Virus record (IMG/VR): IMGVR_UViG_3300011339_000624
Span: 1-26,549 of that record
Direction: 5' to 3' (one strand)
Source of the DNA: a virus
Taxonomy: Duplodnaviria; Caudoviricetes
DNA length: 26,549 bases
The notes beneath the pieces were generated by a model, which was not told where the DNA came from, ran no database searches, and was given only the letters and a program-made list of their open reading frames with translations. Both the position numbers and the translations under genes were made by a program. Numbering within the stretch: position 1 is the stretch's first letter; every line of letters begins with the position of its first letter. Positions 9,319 through 15,913 of the stretch are shown one piece after another.

Positions 9319-9641
9319 TGTATGGGAACGATTTTATGCGATACAAAGAGATTCGTGATGCGCTCAATGAGGAGGCGCTCTGCGTCGAACCCTTCGATTG
9401 GGCGGATAGGGGTGCGGTGGATGTGGTCAATAGTCCACCGCACTATAAGTCTGGTGGCATCGAGGCCATCGAAGGTATCGAAGCGTCGATGGGGCCAGAG
9501 GCATATGCTGGCTACCTCAAGGGCAATATCATGAAATATATGTGGCGCTATGAAAGAAAAGGAAAGCCGATTGAGGACTTGAAGAAGGCCCGATGGTATC
9601 TTGACCGGCTAATTGGTTTACGCGAACGTAAAGCAGACTAA
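9318..9641 (+). CDS. DUF3310 protein (T7 gp1.7-like putative nucleotide kinase)
   Basis: VNSPPHY...IEAIE...GNIMKYMWRY..K...EDLKKARWYL. Confidence 0.88.
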   Translation: MYGNDFMRYKEIRDALNEEALCVEPFDWADRGAVDVVNSPPHYKSGGIEAIEGIEASMGPEAYAGYLKGNIMKYMWRYERKGKPIEDLKKARWYLDRLIGLRERKAD

Positions 9642-9664
9642 GGGGGCTTCGGCTCCCTTTTTTT
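9640..9664 (+). terminator. Rho-independent terminator
   Basis: AAGGGGGC-TTCG-GCTCCCTT followed by a T-run, directly after the DUF3310 stop. Confidence 0.85.
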
Positions 9665-9669
9665 GGTTT

Positions 9670-9948
9670 GGGGACGCATACGAGAAAGTTGGGGACGCTT
9701 TGGGGACGCTTCGGGGACGGATAAATATGAGGACTTCTGCGGTCGGGGACGGAAGGGACGGATAATTCTGACATGATTGGCTCTAATATAAGTAACAGTG
9801 TTACCCCTGGTCAAATAGCACTGTTACTTACATAGGCCAACAAACCGGCGTTCAAACCCGTCCCTTCCGTCCCGAGCCGCCTAGAAGCTGGGTTTTTGCC
9901 GTCCCCGATTTGTCCCCGTGGCGTCCCCGATTTTCTGAACCCGTCCCC
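9670..9948. repeat. Symmetric iteron array, putative replication origin
   Basis: Six GGGACG copies (9670-9760), six inverted (C/T)GTCCC copies (9859-9948), and a central 12-bp inverted repeat TAAGTAACAGTG / CACTGTTACTTA (9789-9830). Confidence 0.8.
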
Positions 9949-9963
9949 GATGGCAGTTTTCCG

Positions 9964-10497
9964 TTAATCGTCGTCAAAAACACCCGGCAAGTCGTCCGCA
10001 TCGAGATTATGAGAGCCGACTTGCTTGGGTGGTGTGATGTCGATGATGGTGGCGTCCTCGATGATGTCATGGGCTTCATGAGGATTTGATGACGCCAAGT
10101 TTAGCTGCTTCAGTGCATCAAGATGTAGTTGGTTCACGTTCACTTGAATTGCTGTGGCTGGCTTGGCTTGGAACCTGTCAGGGTTCGTAACACCAGCCAT
10201 CCATTTGCGTGTCTCGATCTTGAGCCTATCAGCGTTAGCTGAGTTGTTGTCCGAGGCATCGGCAATGTCCAAGCACTCATCCGCCCATTGCTCCGCCGCG
10301 ATTGACCGAGCTTGCTTGAACCGCTCCTCTCGGTTCGGGTCTTTGCGAATCCAATGGTAGAGGGATAGGTTGCTGATGTTCAGTTCACGGGCAAGGCCAG
10401 CCATCGTCAGGCCAGATGCGATCTTTTCCAGTAGGACAGTCTCTCCAACCTTGTCTAAGTTGGATGCAATCGTGCGGCGTTTAATATGTCCAGCCAT
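9964..10497 (-). CDS. terS: Terminase small subunit (Sf6 gp1-like)
   Basis: LEKIASG..MAGLAREL.IS..SLYHWI (HTH), FKQAR..AAEQWADECLDIAD, RLKIETRKWMAG...PDRF. Confidence 0.8.
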   Translation of the reverse strand: MAGHIKRRTIASNLDKVGETVLLEKIASGLTMAGLARELNISNLSLYHWIRKDPNREERFKQARSIAAEQWADECLDIADASDNNSANADRLKIETRKWMAGVTNPDRFQAKPATAIQVNVNQLHLDALKQLNLASSNPHEAHDIIEDATIIDITPPKQVGSHNLDADDLPGVFDDD

Positions 10498-10500
10498 GTC

Positions 10501-10593
10501 TTATCCTTTGAATACTGTTATAAGCCCATATAAAGCCCATAGAGAGGCATACATGGCGATTGCTAGGTTACGGTCACGATTATAGCTAGGCAT
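10501..10593 (-). CDS. 30-aa hydrophobic peptide (not in ORF track)
   Basis: MPSYNRDRNLAIAMYASLWALYGLITVFKG exactly fills the gap between the XRE gene and terS; GGGGG/GGAG upstream. Confidence 0.5.
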   Translation of the reverse strand: MPSYNRDRNLAIAMYASLWALYGLITVFKG

Positions 10594-10765
10594 GCTCCAG
10601 CCCCCTTAGAAACGTCTCTAAGAGGATAGAGACTGTAGCTGGCACTGGCCGACCACCTTGTTCATAATATCTTATCGACCTTTCGCACAGCCCTATCTTA
10701 TCAGCAAGCTGGCCTTGCGTCAGGTTTAGCCTGTCGCGTATCGCTTTGAACTCTTCATTTGTCAT
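10586..10765 (-). CDS. XRE/Cro-family HTH protein, 59 aa (not in ORF track)
   Basis: MTNEEFKAIRDRLNLTQGQLADKIGLCERSIRYYEQGGRPVP is a classic HTH_3 pattern; ATGA overlap with the upstream ORF. Confidence 0.85.
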   Translation of the reverse strand: MTNEEFKAIRDRLNLTQGQLADKIGLCERSIRYYEQGGRPVPATVSILLETFLRGLEHA

Positions 10766-10947
10766 GTCTCATCCTTCAATGCTGCTTCAGCGTCTTCGAT
10801 CAATTCTATGGGGGGCCAGCGCAGATAGCACACATGGTCTGCGGTTATTACGCCGAGGGATTCCAGATATTCCATCAAGCGGTAGGCCAAGGTGGCCTCT
10901 GCCCGTTCGGTGTATCGGTCAGGCAATGCGTCATCATCATCGATCAT
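10762..10947 (-). CDS. Hypothetical protein
   Basis: RBS AGGAG before the ATG at 10947 (MIDDDDALP...); ATGA overlaps on both sides. Confidence 0.65.
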   Translation of the reverse strand: MIDDDDALPDRYTERAEATLAYRLMEYLESLGVITADHVCYLRWPPIELIEDAEAALKDET

Positions 10948-11078
10948 TTGCGTTGCTCCTGTTCTTTGCGCCTTTCGGCAAAGGTTTTTCCATCCAAGCC
11001 GCGCAGTGGCCAAGCACTGTCTGACGATACTCGATGACCACGCTTTAAGGGCGCGGCCTGTGCTGGTATCTTAATCAT
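10944..11078 (-). CDS. Hypothetical 44-aa basic protein (not in ORF track)
   Basis: MIKIPAQAAPLKRGHRVSSDSAWPLRGLDGKTFAERRKEQEQRK overlaps both neighbouring ORFs. Confidence 0.55.
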   Translation of the reverse strand: MIKIPAQAAPLKRGHRVSSDSAWPLRGLDGKTFAERRKEQEQRK

Positions 11079-11277
11079 GCTGCGGGGTTCCCATCTGTGC
11101 TTTAAGCGCCAAAATTAAGGCTTCATACTCTACCGCTAGGTCATAGTATGTTCCGGCGCGGATTTCGTGGCCCATTTCATCGGCCCGTGCTGCTTTCTCA
11201 AAACAATCTGAACGCACATCATCCAGTGTTGCAAGGATCGTAAGCAATTGCAGGGTGGTTAGCTCTAGTTTGTGCAT
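11071..11277 (-). CDS. Hypothetical protein
   Basis: RBS AAGGGG; tight operon packing. Confidence 0.65.
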   Translation of the reverse strand: MHKLELTTLQLLTILATLDDVRSDCFEKAARADEMGHEIRAGTYYDLAVEYEALILALKAQMGTPQHD

Positions 11278-11278
11278 G

Positions 11279-11563
11279 TTAGGCCCCTTCTACCACTGTG
11301 AAGACATAGCCCGTTCCCTTGGCGTTGCCGCCTTGCGTCCATGTGCCAGTGTTCCAGATTGAGCGGCTACCGCCATGCTTCAAGGCTAGGGCCGTCATCT
11401 TCTCAATCAAGGCCAAGGCGGCGGCTTTGTGTGCGCCGTCACTGTTTAGTTCATGGTCATAGCCGATTGTGATGTTGCCGCCCCAGCATTCCGCTTTGAT
11501 GCGTCCGCCTTTGGTATTGGTAGGGCCAAGGTATTTGGTTTCGATTGCTTGATAGATTGTCAT
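11279..11563 (-). CDS. Hypothetical phage protein (QAIETKYLGPTNTKGGRIKA motif)
   Basis: AG-rich RBS; the N-terminal motif resembles a recurrent uncharacterised phage protein. Confidence 0.75.
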   Translation of the reverse strand: MTIYQAIETKYLGPTNTKGGRIKAECWGGNITIGYDHELNSDGAHKAAALALIEKMTALALKHGGSRSIWNTGTWTQGGNAKGTGYVFTVVEGA

Positions 11564-11628
11564 AATATCTCTCTCTTTATTGGCACTAGCGCCAGCCTCG
11601 CGGCGGATTGCTCCGCCGTCCGGTGGTG

Positions 11629-11838
11629 TTAGCTAACGAATGCGCCACCCTTGTTTAGTATGCGCTCAACGGCGGGCCATGAATATTCGACATCGCCACC
11701 CTTGCCGCTCAACAGGCGGACAACACCGTATGTGTTGCGCGCACCAGCCATTGCAGCAATCTCTCCGTCAAGGGTGATGCCCATTGCATTTGCCTTGTCT
11801 ACTAGGACGAAACGATAGTCGCGGGTTGCTTGTGCCAT
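11629..11838 (-). CDS. Hypothetical protein
   Basis: RBS AAAGG; operon packing. Confidence 0.65.
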   Translation of the reverse strand: MAQATRDYRFVLVDKANAMGITLDGEIAAMAGARNTYGVVRLLSGKGGDVEYSWPAVERILNKGGAFVS

Positions 11839-11839
11839 G

Positions 11840-12022
11840 TCAGTTGCCTTTCTTTGCGGTGTTTAATGCGCGGGCCGCTTCCTTGTGTCCTTCAAGAAAC
11901 AACCAAGTGATAGCGGTGTCGGTGTCTGCGAAATAACGTAGGCGCTTGACGCTTTCGTCACTTAGCAAGAATTGGTCATTACTCTGCCAGCCGTGCCAAT
12001 CGTCATGTGTAAATGAAACCAT
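11840..12022 (-). CDS. Hypothetical protein
   Basis: RBS AAGGGAG; operon packing. Confidence 0.65.
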   Translation of the reverse strand: MVSFTHDDWHGWQSNDQFLLSDESVKRLRYFADTDTAITWLFLEGHKEAARALNTAKKGN

Positions 12023-12024
12023 GA

Positions 12025-12123
12025 TTATTCTCCCTTATCGTTACTGGTAAACAGTGAGACACTGGCCAACATGCCTAGTATCCACAAAAATATGAATGCG
12101 TTGAATGGTAGATAGGCTTCCAT
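12025..12123 (-). CDS. 32-aa single-TM peptide (not in ORF track)
   Basis: MEAYLPFNAFIFLWILGMLASVSLFTSNDKGE fills the gap between neighbours; RBS GGGGG. Confidence 0.55.
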   Translation of the reverse strand: MEAYLPFNAFIFLWILGMLASVSLFTSNDKGE

Positions 12124-12124
12124 G

Positions 12125-12313
12125 TTACGCGCCCCCATTTAACTTGTGGCGGATGTCGTCGATTGTTTCGGTATAAAAACCTATACCTAACGCGGGCAAT
12201 GTATTGCCATCAAAATCATCGACAAGGCGGGCAGCATAGGCGCGGCCTGGTGTGTCGATGCAAGTGCGGCGGATAGTCCAGCGGCGGTTTGCGATGTCTA
12301 CATAGTCAATCAT
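12125..12313 (-). CDS. Hypothetical protein
   Basis: RBS GGGGAG; operon packing. Confidence 0.65.
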   Translation of the reverse strand: MIDYVDIANRRWTIRRTCIDTPGRAYAARLVDDFDGNTLPALGIGFYTETIDDIRHKLNGGA

Positions 12314-12315
12314 GA

Positions 12316-12501
12316 TTACTCCCCTTGTGTTGCGTAGTTAGCGACGAATGCGGTGCAACGTTTACATTCGCGGGGTGATAGCCACATCGCCGAATGGTCG
12401 ATTGCTACGTCAAGGCGGGCCAGCCTATCGGCGAATGGTATGTCGTGGCGTTCAAGGTTAGCGGTGTAACGTTCGAACGCGGTAAGGTTAGCTAGTCGCA
12501 T
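12316..12501 (-). CDS. Hypothetical protein, first gene of the leftward operon
   Basis: AAAGAGAGAGA precedes the ATG at 12501 (MRLANL...); the longer track start overlaps the promoter. Confidence 0.6.
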   Translation of the reverse strand: MRLANLTAFERYTANLERHDIPFADRLARLDVAIDHSAMWLSPRECKRCTAFVANYATQGE

Positions 12502-12534
12502 GGTTAGTCTCTCTCTTTCGTGGTTGAGGTAATA

Positions 12535-12563
12535 CCAATAGGCATGCCGTGCCTGTTGGTCAA
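12535..12563 (-). promoter_or_regulatory. Putative sigma70 promoter of the leftward operon
   Basis: TTGACC-N17-TATTGG, with the dyad AGGCA-N5-TGCCT in the spacer. Confidence 0.5.
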
Positions 12564-12582
12564 TAACAACAACAACCATTAT

Positions 12583-12984
12583 GGTTCTATTATTAGAACC
12601 GATATGGTTCCTTTATATAATCACATTATAATGTGCGCGCCTTGCCCCTATATATAATAATGCCGGAACGATGTGCCTATTTATAGTGGAGAATAGAGAC
12701 CGCCAGTCGTCGTTTCTTGTGCGCCTCTGCGCCCCTTTGGTCGCTTACTAATACACTGTTACACCGTGAAACGCGCAGACATACGTGCTTTTTTATATAG
12801 GGGGGCGGGGGTAGCAATTAATTTATACCCCCCCCGCCCCTGCCTTGCGCGGGGGGCGTGTGCGTAGTACTAAACAGACATCGAGGTGTGACCCCCTCCC
12901 CCCTACCCCCTATGTTTTTCGCACCCAATCCAAAAAAATTGTATAATTTTCCCCTTGCCAAGTTGTAACATTAGAGTGTAACAG
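12583..12984. promoter_or_regulatory. Divergent control region with palindromes and G/C runs (candidate res/pac region)
   Basis: GGTTCTA-TTAT-TAGAACC, the perfect palindrome CACATTATAATGTG, GGGGCGGGGG...CCCCCGCCCC, and TGTAACA repeats. Confidence 0.55.
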
Positions 12985-13014
12985 CGATGGATAACCAAAA
13001 AGAGGAGAAATACG

Positions 13015-13695
13015 TTGGCTGTTTATGGATACACTCGCGTCTCAACTGAAGACCAGATTGAGAACACATCGCTCGATGACCAAGCCCGCCAAATCCAAGG
13101 CATCGTGCTCACACACAACTTGGAACTGGACCATATCTACGAAGAGCGTGGCGTCTCCGGCGGTGTTCCGCTGCTACGCCGAGAAGAAGGCTGCAAGCTA
13201 GCGTTCCTTCGCCCAGGCGATACGGTTATCGTCTCCAAGCTGGACCGTATGTTCCGGGACGCACGGGACGCACTAAACGTGATTGCCGACTGGGAGACGG
13301 CAAACATCAATCTCATTATCAATGGCTATGGCAATGTCATGGACAAGGCCAACCCGAACGGACGGTTTATGCTAGAGATCATGGCCGTCTTTTCAGGGGA
13401 AGAGCGCCGCCGTATTAGAGAACGTGTCACCGCCGGTAAGAGAGCGAAGAGTTCGCAGGGCGGATATGTCGGTGGCAAAGTGCCATTTGGATTTAAGAAG
13501 ACGGGCGTAGGCCGCAAGGCCAAGCTGCACCCAGAGCCAAACGCCCAAGACGCGCTCATCACCATGAAAGCCGCTCGCGTTAAAGGCCATAGCTACCGCG
13601 ATATTGCTATTATCGTAGCAAAGCGTCATGGTATTACGGTTAGCCATCAAACAATTGCACGGGTAATCAGGGGAGATAAGAATGCCGAAGTCTGA
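13015..13695 (+). CDS. Serine recombinase (resolvase/invertase family)
   Basis: YGYTRVSTEDQ (catalytic Ser), ERGVSG, GDTVIVSKLDRMFR, ERRRIRER..AG, GGKVPFGF and a C-terminal HTH. TTG start with RBS GAGGAG. Confidence 0.93.
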   Translation: MAVYGYTRVSTEDQIENTSLDDQARQIQGIVLTHNLELDHIYEERGVSGGVPLLRREEGCKLAFLRPGDTVIVSKLDRMFRDARDALNVIADWETANINLIINGYGNVMDKANPNGRFMLEIMAVFSGEERRRIRERVTAGKRAKSSQGGYVGGKVPFGFKKTGVGRKAKLHPEPNAQDALITMKAARVKGHSYRDIAIIVAKRHGITVSHQTIARVIRGDKNAEV

Positions 13696-15091
13696 GCCAA
13701 ACTTCTTTCTGGAGTTTCTGAAGAAGTATCGCGATGATCCCGTCGGATTCGTGCGTGATATTCTAAGAACCAAACCGGACCCCTGGCAAATCGAGTTCTT
13801 AAAAGCGATTAGTTCAGGCAACCGCCGTATCTCAGTCCGATCAGGCCACGGCGTCGGCAAATCGACTGCCGCAAGCTGGGCCATGCTGCATTACTTTCTG
13901 ACGCGGTATCCCGTGAAGGTTGTCGTGACTGCGCCGACATCTGCACAGTTGTTCGATGCAATGTTCGCGGAACTGAAGCGATGGGTGAATGAACTACCTG
14001 AAGTTCTGAAGGTTCTGATCGAGGTGAAGGCCGACCGTATCGAACTAAAGGCTGCGTCGAGTGAAGCCTTTATCTCCGCCAGAACGAGCCGCGCAGAAAC
14101 GCCGGAAGCGTTGCAGGGTATCCACGCCGACAACGTGCTTCTTGTAGCGGATGAGGCGTCAGGTATTCCAGAGAGTGTGTATGAAGCTGCGTCCGGTTCT
14201 ATGTCGGGCCACAATGCGACGACGCTTCTTCTGGGCAACCCTACCCGAAACAGTGGTTTGTTCTACGATACGCACAACCGTCTGAAGGGTGAATGGAAAA
14301 CCTTCCACGTTAGCTGTCTTGACAGCCCGCGTGTGTCGGATGCGTTTGTCCGAGAGATGCAGCTACGGTACGGTGAGGATAGTCCCGCCTACCATGTGCG
14401 TGTCCTTGGTAACTTCCCGCCGCGGGAAGAAGATACGGTTATTCCTGTCGAGTTGATTGACAGCGCCATGAACCGCGAGATTAAGATCGCCAAGCAGACG
14501 CGAAGTGTGTGGGGCCTAGACGTTGCGCGTATGGGTTCCGATGCTTCCGCGTTAGCCAAAAGGCGCGGCCCAGTTGTCGAAGAGATACAGACTTGGAAAG
14601 GTCTGGACCTTATGCAACTAACCGGCGCGGTTGTAGCGGAGTTTGAGGCGCTGCCGCCGTCCGAGCAACCCGTTGAAATATTAGTAGATAGTATCGGGTT
14701 GGGAGCCGGTGTGCTTGACCGTCTGCGCGAACTGGGCCTGCCAGCGCGTGGGATCAACGTCGCTGAAAGCCCCGCGATGAAAGGGACTTACGCCAACCTA
14801 CGCGCCGAGTTGTGGTTCAAGTGCAAAGGATGGCTGGCGAACCGCGATGTGAAGATACCAAAGGATGAACAGTTGTTCGCCGAGTTGGCGTCGCCGCGTT
14901 ACACCTTTACCTCTTCTGGCAAGATGCAAGTAGAGAGCAAGGAGAGCATGAAGAAGCGGGGGCTTCCCTCGCCAGATAAGGCGGATGCGCTGTGTCTATG
15001 CTTGGCCACCGATGTATCTACTATTATGCACGGCTACTCTATGGCTAACAAGAGTGGAGCCTTGCGTAGAAATATAAAGGGCATTGTTTGA
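13682..15091 (+). CDS. terL: Terminase large subunit
   Basis: PDPWQ, Walker A RSGHGVGKS, Walker B LVADEASG, LLGNP, nuclease motifs GLDVARMGSD and SPDKADAL. Confidence 0.95.
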   Translation: MPKSEPNFFLEFLKKYRDDPVGFVRDILRTKPDPWQIEFLKAISSGNRRISVRSGHGVGKSTAASWAMLHYFLTRYPVKVVVTAPTSAQLFDAMFAELKRWVNELPEVLKVLIEVKADRIELKAASSEAFISARTSRAETPEALQGIHADNVLLVADEASGIPESVYEAASGSMSGHNATTLLLGNPTRNSGLFYDTHNRLKGEWKTFHVSCLDSPRVSDAFVREMQLRYGEDSPAYHVRVLGNFPPREEDTVIPVELIDSAMNREIKIAKQTRSVWGLDVARMGSDASALAKRRGPVVEEIQTWKGLDLMQLTGAVVAEFEALPPSEQPVEILVDSIGLGAGVLDRLRELGLPARGINVAESPAMKGTYANLRAELWFKCKGWLANRDVKIPKDEQLFAELASPRYTFTSSGKMQVESKESMKKRGLPSPDKADALCLCLATDVSTIMHGYSMANKSGALRRNIKGIV

Positions 15092-15115
15092 CATAGAATA
15101 AAGATGTGATATATT
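15088..15115 (+). promoter_or_regulatory. Near-consensus sigma70 promoter
   Basis: TTGACA-N16-TATATT with an extended -10 TG. Confidence 0.65.
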
Positions 15116-15120
15116 TGTTT

Positions 15121-15258
15121 TGCTCGGCAGGTTTTTCTCTCTCTCCCTCTCCTGCCGGGCATCATAGGCAGCTAGGGTGTGCGCGGTTTAGCCGGTAATA
15201 GCGACAGAACGACAGGATGCTGCCCCGTTTGTTCGTCCCGCCGCCACCCTCTTTTTGC
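15121..15258 (+). ncRNA. Candidate small structured RNA
   Basis: Begins at the expected start site of the upstream promoter. Has an 11-bp stem with a 19-nt all-pyrimidine loop and a second long stem AGGGTG...CACCCT followed by a T-run. No credible ORF. Confidence 0.5.
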
Positions 15259-15283
15259 TTTTCTGTTAATGTTATGCTATAGT
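15255..15283 (+). promoter_or_regulatory. Putative promoter for the endonuclease VII / head operon
   Basis: TTGCTT-N17-TATAGT with an extended -10 TG. Confidence 0.55.
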
Positions 15284-15303
15284 TATTCACAGGGGGCGTA
15301 CCT

Positions 15304-15729
15304 GTGGATACTAAAACTTGTCCGACATGTGGCGAAGAAAAGCCAATTGAAAACTTCTATCCTCAGAAGCGGCAATGCAGGATATGTATACGCGACCACC
15401 AACGCCGCTTCAGAGCCGCACGCCCAGACTATCACCACGGTCGAAACCTTAAACAGCGATACGGTATTACTGTCGATGAGTATGAAACTATCATCGCCAG
15501 TCAAAATTCTGCTTGCGCTATTTGTAAGGTAGAAATACCTGATACAATAGGCTATAAGGGAAAGCGACCAGTTGCTGTTGACCACAACCACGAGACAGGT
15601 GAGGTTCGCGGCATACTCTGCTTGAAGTGTAATTTAGTTCTTGGCCACGCAAGAGAGAATACAGATATTCTTTACTGGGCTATTGTGTACTTGAGTGAGC
15701 GTGGCGCATACGCACCGAAAGGTAGATGA
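15304..15729 (+). CDS. Endonuclease VII-family protein
   Basis: N-terminal CxxC...CxxC, YGITVDEY, CAIC, VDHNHETGEVRGILCLKCN. Confidence 0.9.
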   Translation: MDTKTCPTCGEEKPIENFYPQKRQCRICIRDHQRRFRAARPDYHHGRNLKQRYGITVDEYETIIASQNSACAICKVEIPDTIGYKGKRPVAVDHNHETGEVRGILCLKCNLVLGHARENTDILYWAIVYLSERGAYAPKGR

Positions 15730-15730
15730 C

Positions 15731-15913
15731 ATGAAGAAGATGGACGCAGCCAAGAAGATTGGCAAAGTAATGGGCGAATATAAAAAGGGTACGTTGCACG
15801 CTGGTGTAAACCCTAAAGGCCCCGCAAAGGCTCCCTTAGCTAAATCGCGCAAACAGGCTATAGCTATTGCTATGTCTGAAGCGGGTATGAGCAAGAAGAT
15901 GAAAAAGAAATAA
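15731..15913 (+). CDS. Small basic protein (DUF6496-like)
   Basis: KVMGEYKKGTLH...SRKQAIAIAMSEA. Confidence 0.7.
   Translation: MKKMDAAKKIGKVMGEYKKGTLHAGVNPKGPAKAPLAKSRKQAIAIAMSEAGMSKKMKKK

Noticed and set aside
9670-9948. CRISPR array or coding repeat (track ORFs 9529-9774 and 9852-10079)
   Set aside because: The repeats are only 6-7 bp, irregularly spaced and switch orientation. The ORFs lack an RBS and read as translated repeat.
12564-12577. AAC microsatellite
   Set aside because: Only about four units, too short to support phase variation.
13015-13695. IS607 or Tn3 mobile element
   Set aside because: No N-terminal MerR-like HTH, no tnpB or transposase, and no terminal inverted repeats or target duplication.
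15121-15258. tRNA gene
   Set aside because: No cloverleaf, no TTCGA T-loop and no CCA end.
15179-15532. 117-aa ORF spanning the candidate sRNA
   Set aside because: No RBS; it crosses a T-run and a promoter and overlaps the Endo VII gene out of frame.
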